From NCBI GenBank assembly GCA_950097015.1, contig CATNEN010000001.1, positions 3,472,001-3,536,000 of the forward strand: a DNA stretch of 64,000 nt, written 5' to 3'. Position numbers and translations under genes: made by a program. Shown here in pieces: positions 36,328 to 48,418 of this stretch. This stretch comes from Macrostomum hystrix (lineage: Eukaryota > Animalia > Platyhelminthes). The notes beneath the pieces were generated by a model. That model saw only the letters and a list, made by a program, of their open reading frames with translations. It was not told the origin of the DNA and did not search any database. Position 1 is the first letter of the stretch; each line of letters begins with the position of its first letter.

Positions 36328-38798
36328 TTAATCCTCCTCAGTCATCTCGCTCATCAGGCCATCAGCGTCCTCATCGGAGCACTCCAGCAGCTCTGCTCGA
36401 CTGTGATGCGGCTGCAAAGAATGCCTTTTTCGCGAGGCATGGCTGACCAGCTGCGAGCCAGGTCTCTTAGCGCCGGCTGGCGAAGGTGTGGCAGATGCTC
36501 CTGATGCACCAGAGGCTGACAGGCGTCGATGCGGTCTGCTCGTTTGACGGTCCTTGCCTCGATGGAGCATGTCGCATAATCGGCTACCGACGTACGTGGC
36601 GGTCAATTGTTGTTCGGTTGTCGTGCCGTATATGCTGGTGGCGGCATCTAGATTAGAGGTAGAGTGAGAGGTAGGTAAATTGAGAAGTACAGGTAAAGTT
36701 TGTCCGATAGGAAATGTGAAAGTACCAATCAGATTCCTGAACATTTCGTACCTTGGACGTGTCGCAATAAAACGGCCTTGAAGCCAAGGCATGCGTCGGA
36801 AAACTGCGTTTCGACACCGTCCTGGATGCATTTCTGGCGTAGGCCTGCACCGCTATAATTCACCTTCGTCTGCATCTCAGGTGTCAAGCAGGTGTCCAAC
36901 CACACCCGGATGGTGGCTCCGACAGTCGCCATTTTTCTGTTGGGCAGGGCTTGTTTCAACTGGTACGTCCACTCTGCAGGCGTGTTCTCCGCGTAGTGGA
37001 CATACCTCTGCCAGGAGTCGATGGGCCAGAATTGGAGCTGTTGCACTGGTTGCTGGTCCTTCGTTAATGACAGGCGCAGTTGCTGCACTTCCTCCTTAAC
37101 AGAGGCCAGCTCGGTGGCTAGTTTCTGCTGTGTTGCTTCCATCTTCTTGAACAATCGGGTACTCTCGCGTACTGCGAACAGGGCGACGTAGAGAATGCCG
37201 CGATTGCTTTCTAATGGGAAATCCACCCCCGACTGTATTTGCTGCTCCAGTCGTCCGATGGAGATGCCCTGGAAGCTTCGGAAACCTGCTGATGTCAGTC
37301 CGGTATCCTCTGCATCTGCCTCTGCTTCAGCTGCTGCCTCTGCTTCCGCTGCTGCCTCTGCTTCCGCTGCTGCCTCTGCTTCCGCTGCTGCCTCTGCTTC
37401 CGCTGCTGCCTCTGCTTCCGCTGCTGCCTCTGCTTCCGCTGCTGCTTCTGCTGCCGCTGCTGCCGCTGCTGCCGCAGCTGCTGCTTTTGCAGCTGCCGCC
37501 TTAGCTGCCGCGGCTTTTGCAGCTTCTGTGGCCGCAGACTTCGGAATCGTTGATGGCAGTGGCACCAGTTTTGCTAAAGTCAGCGGCACGTCTACGCAGG
37601 GCAGCTTTAGTAGCTGCGCTTCGGATTCCGCTTGCTCCTCCGGACAGACGAAAAAATCGTCCGTGTCGGACGCAGAACCAGTCGAGATGTTCTGTTAGGT
37701 CGGATAAGTTAGGGGATAAGTAAGTGAGGAAAATGTTGGGGTTACTAGCATTGGATAACAGTGATTGATTATCGATTCGAATGATTGACATTGAATAACA
37801 GTGATTGATTATCGATTCGAATGATTGACATTGAATAACAGTGATTGATTATCGATTCGAATGATTGACATTGAATAACAGTGATTGATTATCGATTCGG
37901 ATGATTGACATTGAATAACAGTGATTGATTATCGATTCGGATGATTGACATTGGATAACAGTGATTGATTATCGATTCGGATGATTGACATTAGATAACA
38001 GTGATTGATTATCGATTCGGATGATTGACATTGGATAACAGTGATTGATTATCGATTCGAATGATTGACATTGAATAACAGTGATTGATTATCGATTCGG
38101 ATGATTGACATTGAATAACAGTGATTGATTATCGATTCGGATGATTGACATTGGATAACAGTAATTGATTATCGAAAATGTTGATAAACATTCGATAATA
38201 TATTTTTGATGGACAATCGTTGTTAGTGATTGATAATTGATGATGTTGACTGATAATTTACTGAGGTGATTAATTGTACTGAGATATCTAAATGTGTGTG
38301 CGTGAGAGAGAGAGATATAGAGTGGACAGACAAACAGATTGTAACTTACACCACACTGAAACTTGCGTCGCGCCTGCCGCATATCTTCAGCGCAGAGAAC
38401 CCTCGGTTTCAATTGCCGAATTATATCGACAATTGACCGTCTTTTTTCGATCATGTTGCGGACGAAGCGTAGGCTGGGCGGCTCCAGAGAGTCATCCAGG
38501 TATACCTAAATTGGTCATTTTTAGAAAAGATCTTGTAGAGAAAGAATTGAACCAAATTGTCAGACAAACTGACTTAACTGACAGACATTTTTCTCACTCC
38601 ACCTCACTCCACCTCTCACTCCACCTCGCACTACCTCTCACTCCACGTCTCACTACCTTTCACTCCACCTCTCACTCTGCCATACACTCCACCTGTCACT
38701 GACATATATATGCGGCATATATCGTAAAAAAAGCAAAAATGTGCATTAGATCTCACCTGGAGGACTTCAGCTGCGTAGACTCTGCACTCTGCCTGCAT
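36328..38798 (-). CDS. 4-exon gene (38798-38757, 38505-38350, 37691-36752, 36647-36328), ~485 aa: Ala/Glu repeat, coiled coil and DUF4806/BEN-like domain
   Basis: All GT-AG borders are phase-compatible (0,0,1). The C-terminal pattern WPIDS...IRVWLD...KVNYSG...K...F...LHRGKDR matches my recollection of DUF4806. Confidence 0.72.
37750..38175. repeat. 40-bp intronic minisatellite, ~10.5 copies
   Basis: ATTGRATAACAGTGATTGATTATCGATTCGRATGATTGAC in tandem. Confidence 0.95.
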
Positions 38799-39925
38799 AT
38801 TTGGCCGTGCAGCGCCACCTCTCTTCACTGTCCTTTAACAGTGACAATTCAGAAACTGTCCGATTTTTTAACTCACATTCACCTACATCACTCTCATTAG
38901 CTTCAATAACCTGCCTGTCGGCTTCAAATACGACTAAAAACTTCATGTCTGCAGAAGTTTATGACAATTGAGAGGAACACGAGAAATACTTTTCTCGTGT
39001 TTTCTCATATTGCCCATGCATGACGTATCATCTGTAATTAAACCTTGATTTTGAAGACATTTAATTAAGACAGACTGTTTCCTATAAAAGTATGAGATAA
39101 CTACAAGTACTTATAAATGTTATATAAATGCTACTTATAAATACTATAAATAAACTAATTGTTGCTGCACATTATTTCATAAACTAAAACAAACAAAACA
39201 AAAAGATTATTCAACCTTGTTGTGAGCGCAGCCGTGGAACTCCATTGACATGACATGGAGTACGTGAAGGTCGCTGTCGTTATCCACTATACTAAAAATG
39301 AAATGCTTGGTTGGTTGGTTGGTTGGTTGGTTGGTTGGTTGGTTGGTTGTAATTGATTTTCTCCCGAACGGCTCAACCGATTTTCACCATTTCTTCACCA
39401 AAAGATGCTAAATATGGGGACAATTTTACACGTATTTTTATTAAGCTGAACTTCATTGCTAAGGGGATTAAATATTCGAAAAACATGATTTTTTAAAGGT
39501 CAAACCATCTTGGCCTATTGAGAATTTCACTGACAGCCACTGAATTAGAATTGCATCGTCAAATTGCGCAACAACCCCTAGCTGATTGAATTTGAAGCCT
39601 GCACTCTGGAGACAAATTTGAAATAAATGTACACAACCAACTGCGAGACTGAGTGTACTCTATTTTCTTACTTCATTGTACAAAGCCAGAACTTTGAGAA
39701 TTCATTTTATAAGGCTGATTTTTGCACCCACTAACCAACAGTCGGAATAGCCGATGTGTAGGCACTAGGAATAGGTTAGGCTAGGCTAGGGTTCGATTCT
39801 GCACTGCGTCAAATCATTTAGACTAACTTTCAGCCAGTAGTGATTGAAGATTATTTTAATTTATATTTTTTCATTTCGTAAATAAAATATCATAAATCAT
39901 AGCAAAGCTGAGTTTGTCATAGAAA

Positions 39926-40658
39926 ACCTGAGTTTGAATCATGGCTAAACCATAGTCTGAATCATGGCTAAACCAGAGTTTGAATCATGGCTAAACCAGA
40001 GTTTGAATCATGGCTAAAGCAGAGTTTGAATCATGGCTAAACCAGAGTCCGAATCATGGCTAAACCAGAGTTTGAATCATGGCAAAACTGGAGTTTGAAT
40101 CATGGCTAAACCAGAGTTTGAATCATGGCTAAACTAGAGTTTGAATCATGGCAAAACTGGAGTTTGAATCATGGCTAAACCAGAGTTTGAATCATGGCTA
40201 AACCAGAGCTTGAATCATGGCTAAACCAGAGTTTGAATCATGGCTAAACCAGAGTCTGAATCATGGCTAAACCAGAGTTTGAATCATGGCTAAACCAGAG
40301 CTTGAATCATGGCTAAACCAGCGTCTGAATCATGGCTAAACCAGAGTTTGAATCATGGCTAAACCAGAGCTTGAATCATGGCTAAACCAGAGCTTGAATC
40401 ATGGCTAAACCAGAGCTTGAATCATGGCTAAACCAGAGTTTGAATCATGGCTAAACCAGAGCTTGAATCATGGCTAAACCAGAGCTTGAATCATGGCTAA
40501 ACCAGAGCTTGAATCATGGCTAAACCAGAGTTTGAATCATGGCTAAACAAGAGTTTGAATCATGGCTAAACCAGAGTTTCAATCATGGCTAAACCAGAGC
40601 TTGAATCATAGCCAACCAGAGTTTGAATCATAGCCAACCAGAGTTTGAATAATGGCAA
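39926..40658. repeat. 23-bp minisatellite array A (CCAGAGTTTGAATCATGGCTAAA)
   Basis: About 31 tandem copies upstream of RepHel; an inverted degenerate copy lies in intron 4 (~44636-44740). Confidence 0.96.
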
Positions 40659-41143
40659 AAGCAGTTTTCCAAAGCCAGTTTTGTTAAAAGTGATACTGAT
40701 TATCACTGATATTGATGATATCACTGATATCAGTGATACTGGTTATAACACTGATAAGAATTGCAGTGTGTCAAATGTAGATAACTAGATAACTGTGTTA
40801 ACCCCACTGGCGAGACACATCACAGCTTTTCTCACTGGCTGGCGCAGACCAGTATACATTGTGAGCCCTCTGCCCCGGAATGTGGACACACGGGCCTGGA
40901 GAGCCCACACGCCAAATCATAGGTTTTTTGATTTAGACCCCTATTTCTTTATCGATTTTTCAGTTTTACCCTGCGTCTTAAGATAAGCTCCAATTCAGCC
41001 CACTGGATGATAAAAAGCCTGCAAATTAGTTTGGCTAAAGGGCGCCTTATCTGATTCTTCAGACATCCAAATCCACAAACTTTCATCTTTCAAACCATAT
41101 CATTCTTTCTCAACTATTTCATTTCGCTTCTCATTTCTCAATC

Positions 41144-44100
41144 ATGGTTCGACGCGGCGCCAGCAGTTTAAAGAAGAGCCGCGATGCCAAGCGACGGCGA
41201 CAGGCAGAATCCGAGGCAGAGCGGGCTGCCCGACTGGAAGAACAGCGGCAGCGGAATGCTCAGTGCAGACATGCTGAGACTGAGGCAGAGCGGGCTGCCC
41301 GACTGGAAGAACAGCGGCAGCGGAATGCTCAGTGCAGACATGCTGAGACTGAGGCAGAGCGGGCTGCCCGACTGGAAGAACAGCGGCAGCGGAATGCTCA
41401 GTGCAGACATGCTGAGACTGAGGCAGAGCGGGCTGCCCGACTGGAAGAACAGCGGCAGCGGAATGCTCAGTGCAGACATGCTGAGACTGAGGCAGAGCGG
41501 GCTGCCCGACTGGAAGAACAGCGGCAGCGGAATGCTCAGTGCAGACATGCTGAGACTGAGGCAGAGCGGGCTGCCCGACTGGAAGAACAGCGGCAGCGGA
41601 ATGCTCAGTGCAGACATGCTGAGACTGAGGCAGAGCGGGCTGCCCGACTGGAAGAACAGCGGCAGCGGAATGCTCAGTGCAGACATGCTGAGACTGAGGC
41701 AGAGCGGGCTGCCCGACTGGAAGAACAGCGGCAGCGGAATGCTCAGTGCAGACATGCTGAGACTGAGGCAGAGCGGGCTGCCCGACTGGAAGAACAGCGG
41801 CAGCGGAATGCTCAGTGCAGACATGCTGAGACTGAGGCAGAGCGGGCTGCCCGACTGGAAGAACAGCGGCAGCGGAATGCTCAGTGCAGACATGCTGAGA
41901 CTGAGGCAGAGCGGGCTGCCCGACTGGAAGAACAGCGGCAGCGGAATGCTCAGTGCAGACATGCTGAGACTGAGGCAGAGCGGGCTGCCCGACTGGAAGA
42001 ACAGCGGCAGCGGAATGCTCAGTGCAGACATGCTGAGACTGAGGCAGAGCGGGCTGCCTGACTGGAAGAACAGCGGCAGCGGGATGCTCAGCGCAGACAT
42101 GCTGAGACTGAGGCAGAGCAGGCTGCCCGATTGGAAGCCGATCGCATTCGTCGCCGTGGAGCTGTGGTTTCTATGTGAGTTTTATGGCCGTTTTATAACA
42201 AGTCTTTATTTTTGTTTTTTCTGACTTGCCTTGAAGGGGATAATTTGTAGTATCCATTTTATTCTGTATAAATTAAGCGGACAACGATTTTTGAGGAATG
42301 AATTGTCTTAAAAAGCCAATTAAGGCTGCTGTGCTTACGTTCACCCATTGCCCCTTAGGTCGGACACACAGCAGCAAGGTACAGAAGCTATTGTACCCTT
42401 TGAGCATTTGCAGGTAATCCCCATTGTTGGTGATGGCAATTGCTTTTTTTATGCTGTGTGTGATCAGCTGCGTGGAACCCCGCTGGAAACTGACGCAGCC
42501 TCCCTGCGGCAGGACTTGTCTTGCCGTGTTGCAGAACTCATGCCACAGCTGATTGCAGATGGCCTCATTGCACCTGAGAGTGCTGATGAGATCGTGAATT
42601 CCTCTTTTCAAGCAGGAATTTATGTTTCAGATGAAGTTGCCTCTTTGTTGAGCCGCTGCTTTGATGTGGATCTGGTCATTTACCAGGCCAATGGTAATGT
42701 GATGCAATATTTCAGGGCTAATTTGCGCCCTCCTAATGCCATTGTGCGTGTGCTTTTGCGCCATGAACATTACGAGTCACTGAGACTTCGAGAGCCTTTG
42801 CAAGCCTTTACAGATGCTGAGTTCCCAAGCCTGGCAGCAAGCAGAACTCCTGCCAAGAAGACCAAAAAGGCCAAGGGCCCCAGCGCGATGCCGGCGGAAC
42901 ATGAGACTGCGGGCCGCGCTGAAGACGGACCCGCTACTGCAAGGTAAACTGACACACAATTAACAGTTACATTTACATTTAACAGTTACTAAGAGATACA
43001 TTCCATTTTTTATCAGGCCTGAGACGATGGCGAGGCCAGAAGCTCCAGCCCATGACTGCGGGCCAATGGACTGGGCATGCAACCATTGCGGTGCCAAGCT
43101 GTTCCGCATGGAGACAGGCAATTTCTGCTGTGCTGGCGGCAAGGTGAAGCTGCCCACCCGGACTGTGCCACAGCTGCTGGCTGACCTGTACATGGGCCGG
43201 CATGGCATGAGCTCAGAGTTCCTGACCAACATCCGGAGCTATAACTCTGTGCTGCACCTGACCTCGCTGAGTGCCAAGCCGCGGTTGGTGCCAGGCTGGA
43301 ATCCCAGCTACATCATCAGCGGTCAGCTGCACCACACTGCTATGCCGCTGTTTGCTGAAGCGTCTGCTGTTCCTCGCGGCTGGCAGGTGTACTTCACTGA
43401 CCGCGAACTCGAAAGCCAGCAGAGTCTGAGCGATAGGGTGAAGCCAGAGCTACAGGAGCTGCTACAGACGTTGCTTCACGAGTGCAACCTTTACGTTCGG
43501 AGCCTGAAGGCTGCAGCACAGCGGATCATGGAGGATCCGGAGCTTGTGGATGCGCGAATCGTGATTCACCCGGACCGGAGGCCTTCTGGGGAACACATTC
43601 GGTGAGCTAACAATAACTGAAAAGGGATTCGAACACATTTTAAAACCTGTATTTTAAAGCTTTGTGCCTGTGTACACAGAAATGTTTACCGTTGTAAAGA
43701 GTTTTGTTAAAAGCATTTGTTACTACCGTTCAAAATCAGGCGCTACAATTTGCCCACGGCAAACGAGATCGGCATCCTCATTGTTAAGGACACTGAGGAC
43801 ACTGAGGCCCCTGAAGACGGTGATGAGCCAGCAACTAGCCGAGATGTTGTCATTCAACTGCGGGGTGGCGGCTACAAGAGGATTAGCAAAACACACCGAT
43901 CGTATGATGCACTGGAGTACGTGTTGCTGTTCCCCCATGGCGAGGACGGCTGGCACCCGGAGCTGCGCATGGGCAATGGCCGCAAGCTGACGCCGATGAA
44001 GTACTATGCCAGCGAAATCATGGTGCGAGCGGGCCAGAGCAGCCTGCTGCACCACGGACGGCGGCTGTTCCAGCAGTACCTGGTGGACATGTGCGCCAAG

Positions 44101-47100
44101 ATTGAGTCAGAGAGGCTGCTCTATCTGCGGACCCATCAGAGCGATCTGCGCAGTGAGACGTACAGCGGTCTGCGAGACGCTCTATTCGCTGCTGATGGCA
44201 GGTCGACCGACACAAATCCGACTGATATTGGCAAGCCTGCGCACGTGTTCCTGTCCTCCAGCTTCGTTGGCGGGCCAAGGTACCTGATGGAGAGGCTGCA
44301 AGACGCCATGACCTATGTACAAAAGTTTGGCAAGCCGGACCTGTTTGTCACGGCGACGTGCAACCCTAAGTGGCAGGAAATCAGTGCACAGCTGCTGCCT
44401 GGACAGCGACCTGAGGACCGGCCGGATATTGTCACGCGTGTTTTCGAGCTGAAGAAGAAGGCTCTGCTTGCCGAGCTGAGGAAGCGCTTTGGAAAGGAGG
44501 CCGCGCATGTTTGCTCTCTGGAATATCAGAAGCGCGGTAAGTTAGCAAATTGCGCTTTCAGTTTTCATTCTGTAATTGCATTCCAGGTTTAGCAATCCAT
44601 ATTTTTATGCAAGGGGTCATTGCAAACCGGAATTAAGCTCTGGTTTAGCCATGATTCAAACTCCAGTTTCTCCATGATTCAAACTCCAGTTTCTCCATGA
44701 TTCAAACTCCGCTTTCTCTACGATGCAAACGCTGGTTTAGAATTTTAATTAATTTACATGACTAAATTGTGATCACTCATACGTCGCTTTGAATCACTTA
44801 TTTGTTTATGTCTTCCACAGGTCTCCCCCATGTGCACTTTCTGCTCTGGCTGGTCAGTGGACAGAGAGTGACTCCGGACCGCTACGACAAAATCGTGTCC
44901 GCTGAGATCCCGGACCCACAGCAGCAGCCGAGGCTGCACGAGCTGGTGAAGACTCACATGATCCATGGCCCCTGCGGCGTGGTAAATCCAGCCTGCCCGT
45001 GCATGGTGGACGGCCAGTGCAGCAAGGGCTTCCCGAAGGAGTTCCAGCAGGCGACCCTAACCAGCGATACTGGCTACCCATTGTATCGCAGGCTGTCCCC
45101 TGAGATGGGCGGATTTACGGTGGACAAACTATTCAAAGGCCGCAGCATTCGCATGGACAACAGGTGAGTGAGGAGGTGTTGGTGTTTTTTCAGACTTGAT
45201 TGAAAGGTTGATTCTTTAATACGAAAGCAAAGTACTTAGTTTAGCCTTGTGTTTAGTTTATTTATATTGCTAAATTGTTTATTTACTGTAAGTTTAATTT
45301 AAAATTGCTAGAATACATAAATCATTAATTAGCAATTCTTTTCCTGGCACAAATACAGGTGGGTTGTACCATACAACCCGGGCCTGCTGCTCCTTTTCGA
45401 ATGCCACATGAACTTTGAAGTTTGTGCCACCGTCAAGTCGGTCAAGTACGTGATCAAGTACTTGCTAAAAGGCGGCGACATGGCGTCGTTCAAGTTCGAG
45501 GCAAACAAGAAGCCGAGCGGGCCAGGAGAGCAGGCTGCGGATGGCGAACGACAGGAAGGTTCAGCTAGCAAGGCTCCGACTCAAGCCAAGAAGGAGGGGC
45601 GAAATGAGATCAAGGAGTATCTGCTGGCGCGCTACATAGGCCCAATGGAAGCCGTGAATACCATCTTGGGCTTTGAAGTAAGTCATAGATGTTTGCAAGG
45701 CAGTGCTAGGAGCAAAGAATGGGAAAATAATGATATGGTTTTTAAACTAAAACACAACAGGTGCACAACAGATTTCCGGCTGTGATCCGATTGTGCGTGC
45801 ACAAGTCTAACGAGCAGCTCGTGTATTTCAACGAGCAAAATGCGAGCACAAAGGCCAGGGCGCCCAGAGATTCGACGCTGACGGCTTTCTTCAAGCTGTG
45901 CCGCACTGATGAATTCGCTAGAGGCCTGGTGTACACCGAGGTGCCGTCCTACTTCGTGTGGCACCACAGCGAGAGGGAGTGGCGCCGCGCCAAGAAGGGT
46001 TCGAGAGTTGAGGGCCACCCTGGTGTTGTGCACAACACGAACATTGCCCGAATGTACACGGTGAGTCCGAGAGCAGGGGATCTGTTTTATATGCGAATGC
46101 TCCTCCTGCAGGTTAGAGGGCCAACCAGCTTCGAGGCGCTGCACACTGTGGACGGAGTGCTGTGTCCCAGCGCCAAGGCTGCTTGCACGGCCCTGGGTCT
46201 GCTGCAACGAGACGACCACTGGCGGCGCTGCCTAGCCGAGGCAGAGCAGTCGCGAATGCCGAGAGCTCTCAGGCACCTGCTGGCTGTCATTCTGATTTGG
46301 GGCAACCCTGAGGATGGCAGCGATCTGTGGTGCACATTCGCCGAGGATCTGTGCGAGGACCTGCGGTTTCACCACCGAGATCTGAGCGCTGAGGAAATCA
46401 CCGACCTGGCGCTGCGCGAGCTGCAGAGCATGCTGACCTCCATGGGCGGTCACAGCCTGCCCGAGTACGGCTTGCCTGCGGCCTCCGTGCCGCCTCAAGT
46501 TGGACCGATGCAGTTCGACCCGGTTGAACAGGCCGAGATCCGGGAAGCGAGACTGTCAATGCTGACGGAGGAGCAGATTGCGGTGTACGAGTCGGTGACT
46601 GCGGATCTTGTGGCCGGCTCGGGCGGTTTGCACTTCCTGGACGCGCCCGCTGGCACTGGCAAGACCTTCCTGCTGGAGGTTTTGCTGGCCTTTGTGCGCA
46701 GCCGCGGTGAACTCGCCCTGGCAGTTGCGGCGTCTGGAATCGCAGCGACTCTGCTGCCAGGCGGACAGACTGCGCATTCCACGTAAGTTTTTTAGATTAG
46801 GGGAATGCTTCTGAATTTTATAGAGTCGCCTTTCTAATCGATTCTACCTATGACAACTTCACTCTAGGTTCAAGATCCCAGTCCGGCTGCTCCGATCCAA
46901 CAAGGATGTCTGCGCTGTTGGCGCGCAGTCCAAGCAAGCGGAAGTGTTTCGTAGAGTTCGGCTGATTGTCTGGGACGAGATCTCCATGACCAATCGAAAG
47001 GATCTGGAATCCGTGGACAGGTGTCTGCGAGACGTTCGGAAGCAGGACAAGCCATTTGGAGGAGTCACTCTGGTGTGTTCCGGTGACTTCCGCCAGCTCC

Positions 47101-48115
47101 TGCCTGTCGTAGTGAATGGAACCCGCGCCAACAGCGTCATGGCGTGTGTCTGCAGATCTTCGCTGTGGAAACTTTTCAAGCGACAACGCTTGACGAGAAA
47201 CATTCGTCTGCTGTGCAGCTCCGAGCCAGCGATATACCAGAAGTTCACGGAGCTACTCATGCAGGTGAGAATGGGGTGTAAAAATCCTTTTTTCTCGCGA
47301 ATCATTGCGAATATTTTTTTTTCATGTTTTTATTGCTTTTCTTTTCACAGATCGGAACCGGGACAATCGAGCAGGATGCTGAGGAGAAGGTGTCCCTTCC
47401 CGCTGAGATGGTGATTTCTGCAGAGGCTCCGCTGAATGACCTGATCAAGTTCGTGTACCCGTCGTTTGAAGAATCAGCGGAGCGGGACGACTATTTTGCA
47501 AGTCGAGCGATACTGGCGCCGTACAACGACTCTGTTGATGCCATCAACGAGACGTGTCTGGGCATTTTCCCGGGTTGCCTGCGAGAGTATCGCTCTGTAG
47601 ACAGCCTGGCTGATGAGGAGGCCGCTACGCATTTCCCGACGGAGTTGCTAAACCAGCTGGATGCCCCGAATTTTTCAACTTATCTGCTCAGGATCAAGGT
47701 GGGCATGCCGCTGGTGCTTCTTCGGAATATCAACCCGCCGCGGCTGTGCAACGGTACACGGCTCATCGTTCTCACGATGGGCGATAATGTGCTGCGCTGC
47801 AAGATTGCCGCCGGTCAGTTCACCGGAGACGAGATCCTGCTGCCGCGAATTCCGCTGATTCCAAACAATGCGGATCTACCAGTGAGTTTCAAGCGGCTGC
47901 AGTTTCCGGTGAAGCCGAGCTTCTGCCTTACAATACACAAAGCACAAGGACAATCCCTGGAGACCGTTGGAGTTGACCTGGCTGTCGGTTGCTTCACTCA
48001 TGGTCAGCTGTACACGGCGCTGTCACGGGCGAAGAACGCCGCGAATGTTCGCGTCCGGATCTGTGGCACCAAGACCAGAAACGTGGTGTATCCAGAAGTG
48101 CTCACTGGAGATTAG
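41144..48115 (+). CDS. RepHel: Helitron RepHel, 9 exons (41144-42174, 42359-42943, 43017-43601, 43740-44536, 44821-45163, 45359-45677, 45761-46782, 46868-47264, 47351-48115), 1947 codons with one premature TGA at 42059
   Basis: Exons sum to 5844 nt and are all phase-compatible. OTU GDGNC...HY; Zn finger CNHCGA...CC; Rep motifs FVTATCNP, EYQKRGLPHVH, KYVIKY; PIF1 motifs DAPAGTGKT, WDEISM, GDFRQL, TIHKAQGQSL, YTALSR. Confidence 0.93.
41207..42136 (+). repeat. 69-bp coding repeat (23-aa STPR-like ETEAERAARLEEQRQRNAQCRHA), ~13.5 copies
   Basis: Period of 69 bp (41221 to 41290), almost perfectly homogenised. Confidence 0.95.
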
Positions 48116-48418
48116 GCGATTTCCAGGCGTCATTGAAGTGAGTATTACTTGTGTCATTTTGTCTGTGAGTGTCGCATTGGTATCTGTGTTTAATAGTGAT
48201 CACAAGTAGTTTATCCTGATATGTAAATGGCCCGCTGAGACATATCAGGCAAATCCTGCTTTATTCACCTAATAAATTCAAATGAGATGGGATCATAATG
48301 GAATTGAGATCAGGGATTACCTAGGCAAAATGATTAGCTAAATTGTGTTCATTGCATAACAGAACTGAGATTGTTGCTTAGCTAAATTGTGTTTGTGGCA
48401 TAACAGAACTGAGCATAA

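Noticed and set aside
39926-40658. CRISPR-like appearance of the 23-, 31-, 40- and 57-bp repeat arrays
   Set aside because: Units are head-to-tail with no unique spacers, there are no cas genes, and the context is eukaryotic.
41168-42224. Alternative-frame 310-aa and 346-aa repeat ORFs
   Set aside because: They are open only because the 69-bp unit lacks stops in those frames. Only the ETEAERAARL frame has a good ATG and splices in phase to exon 2.
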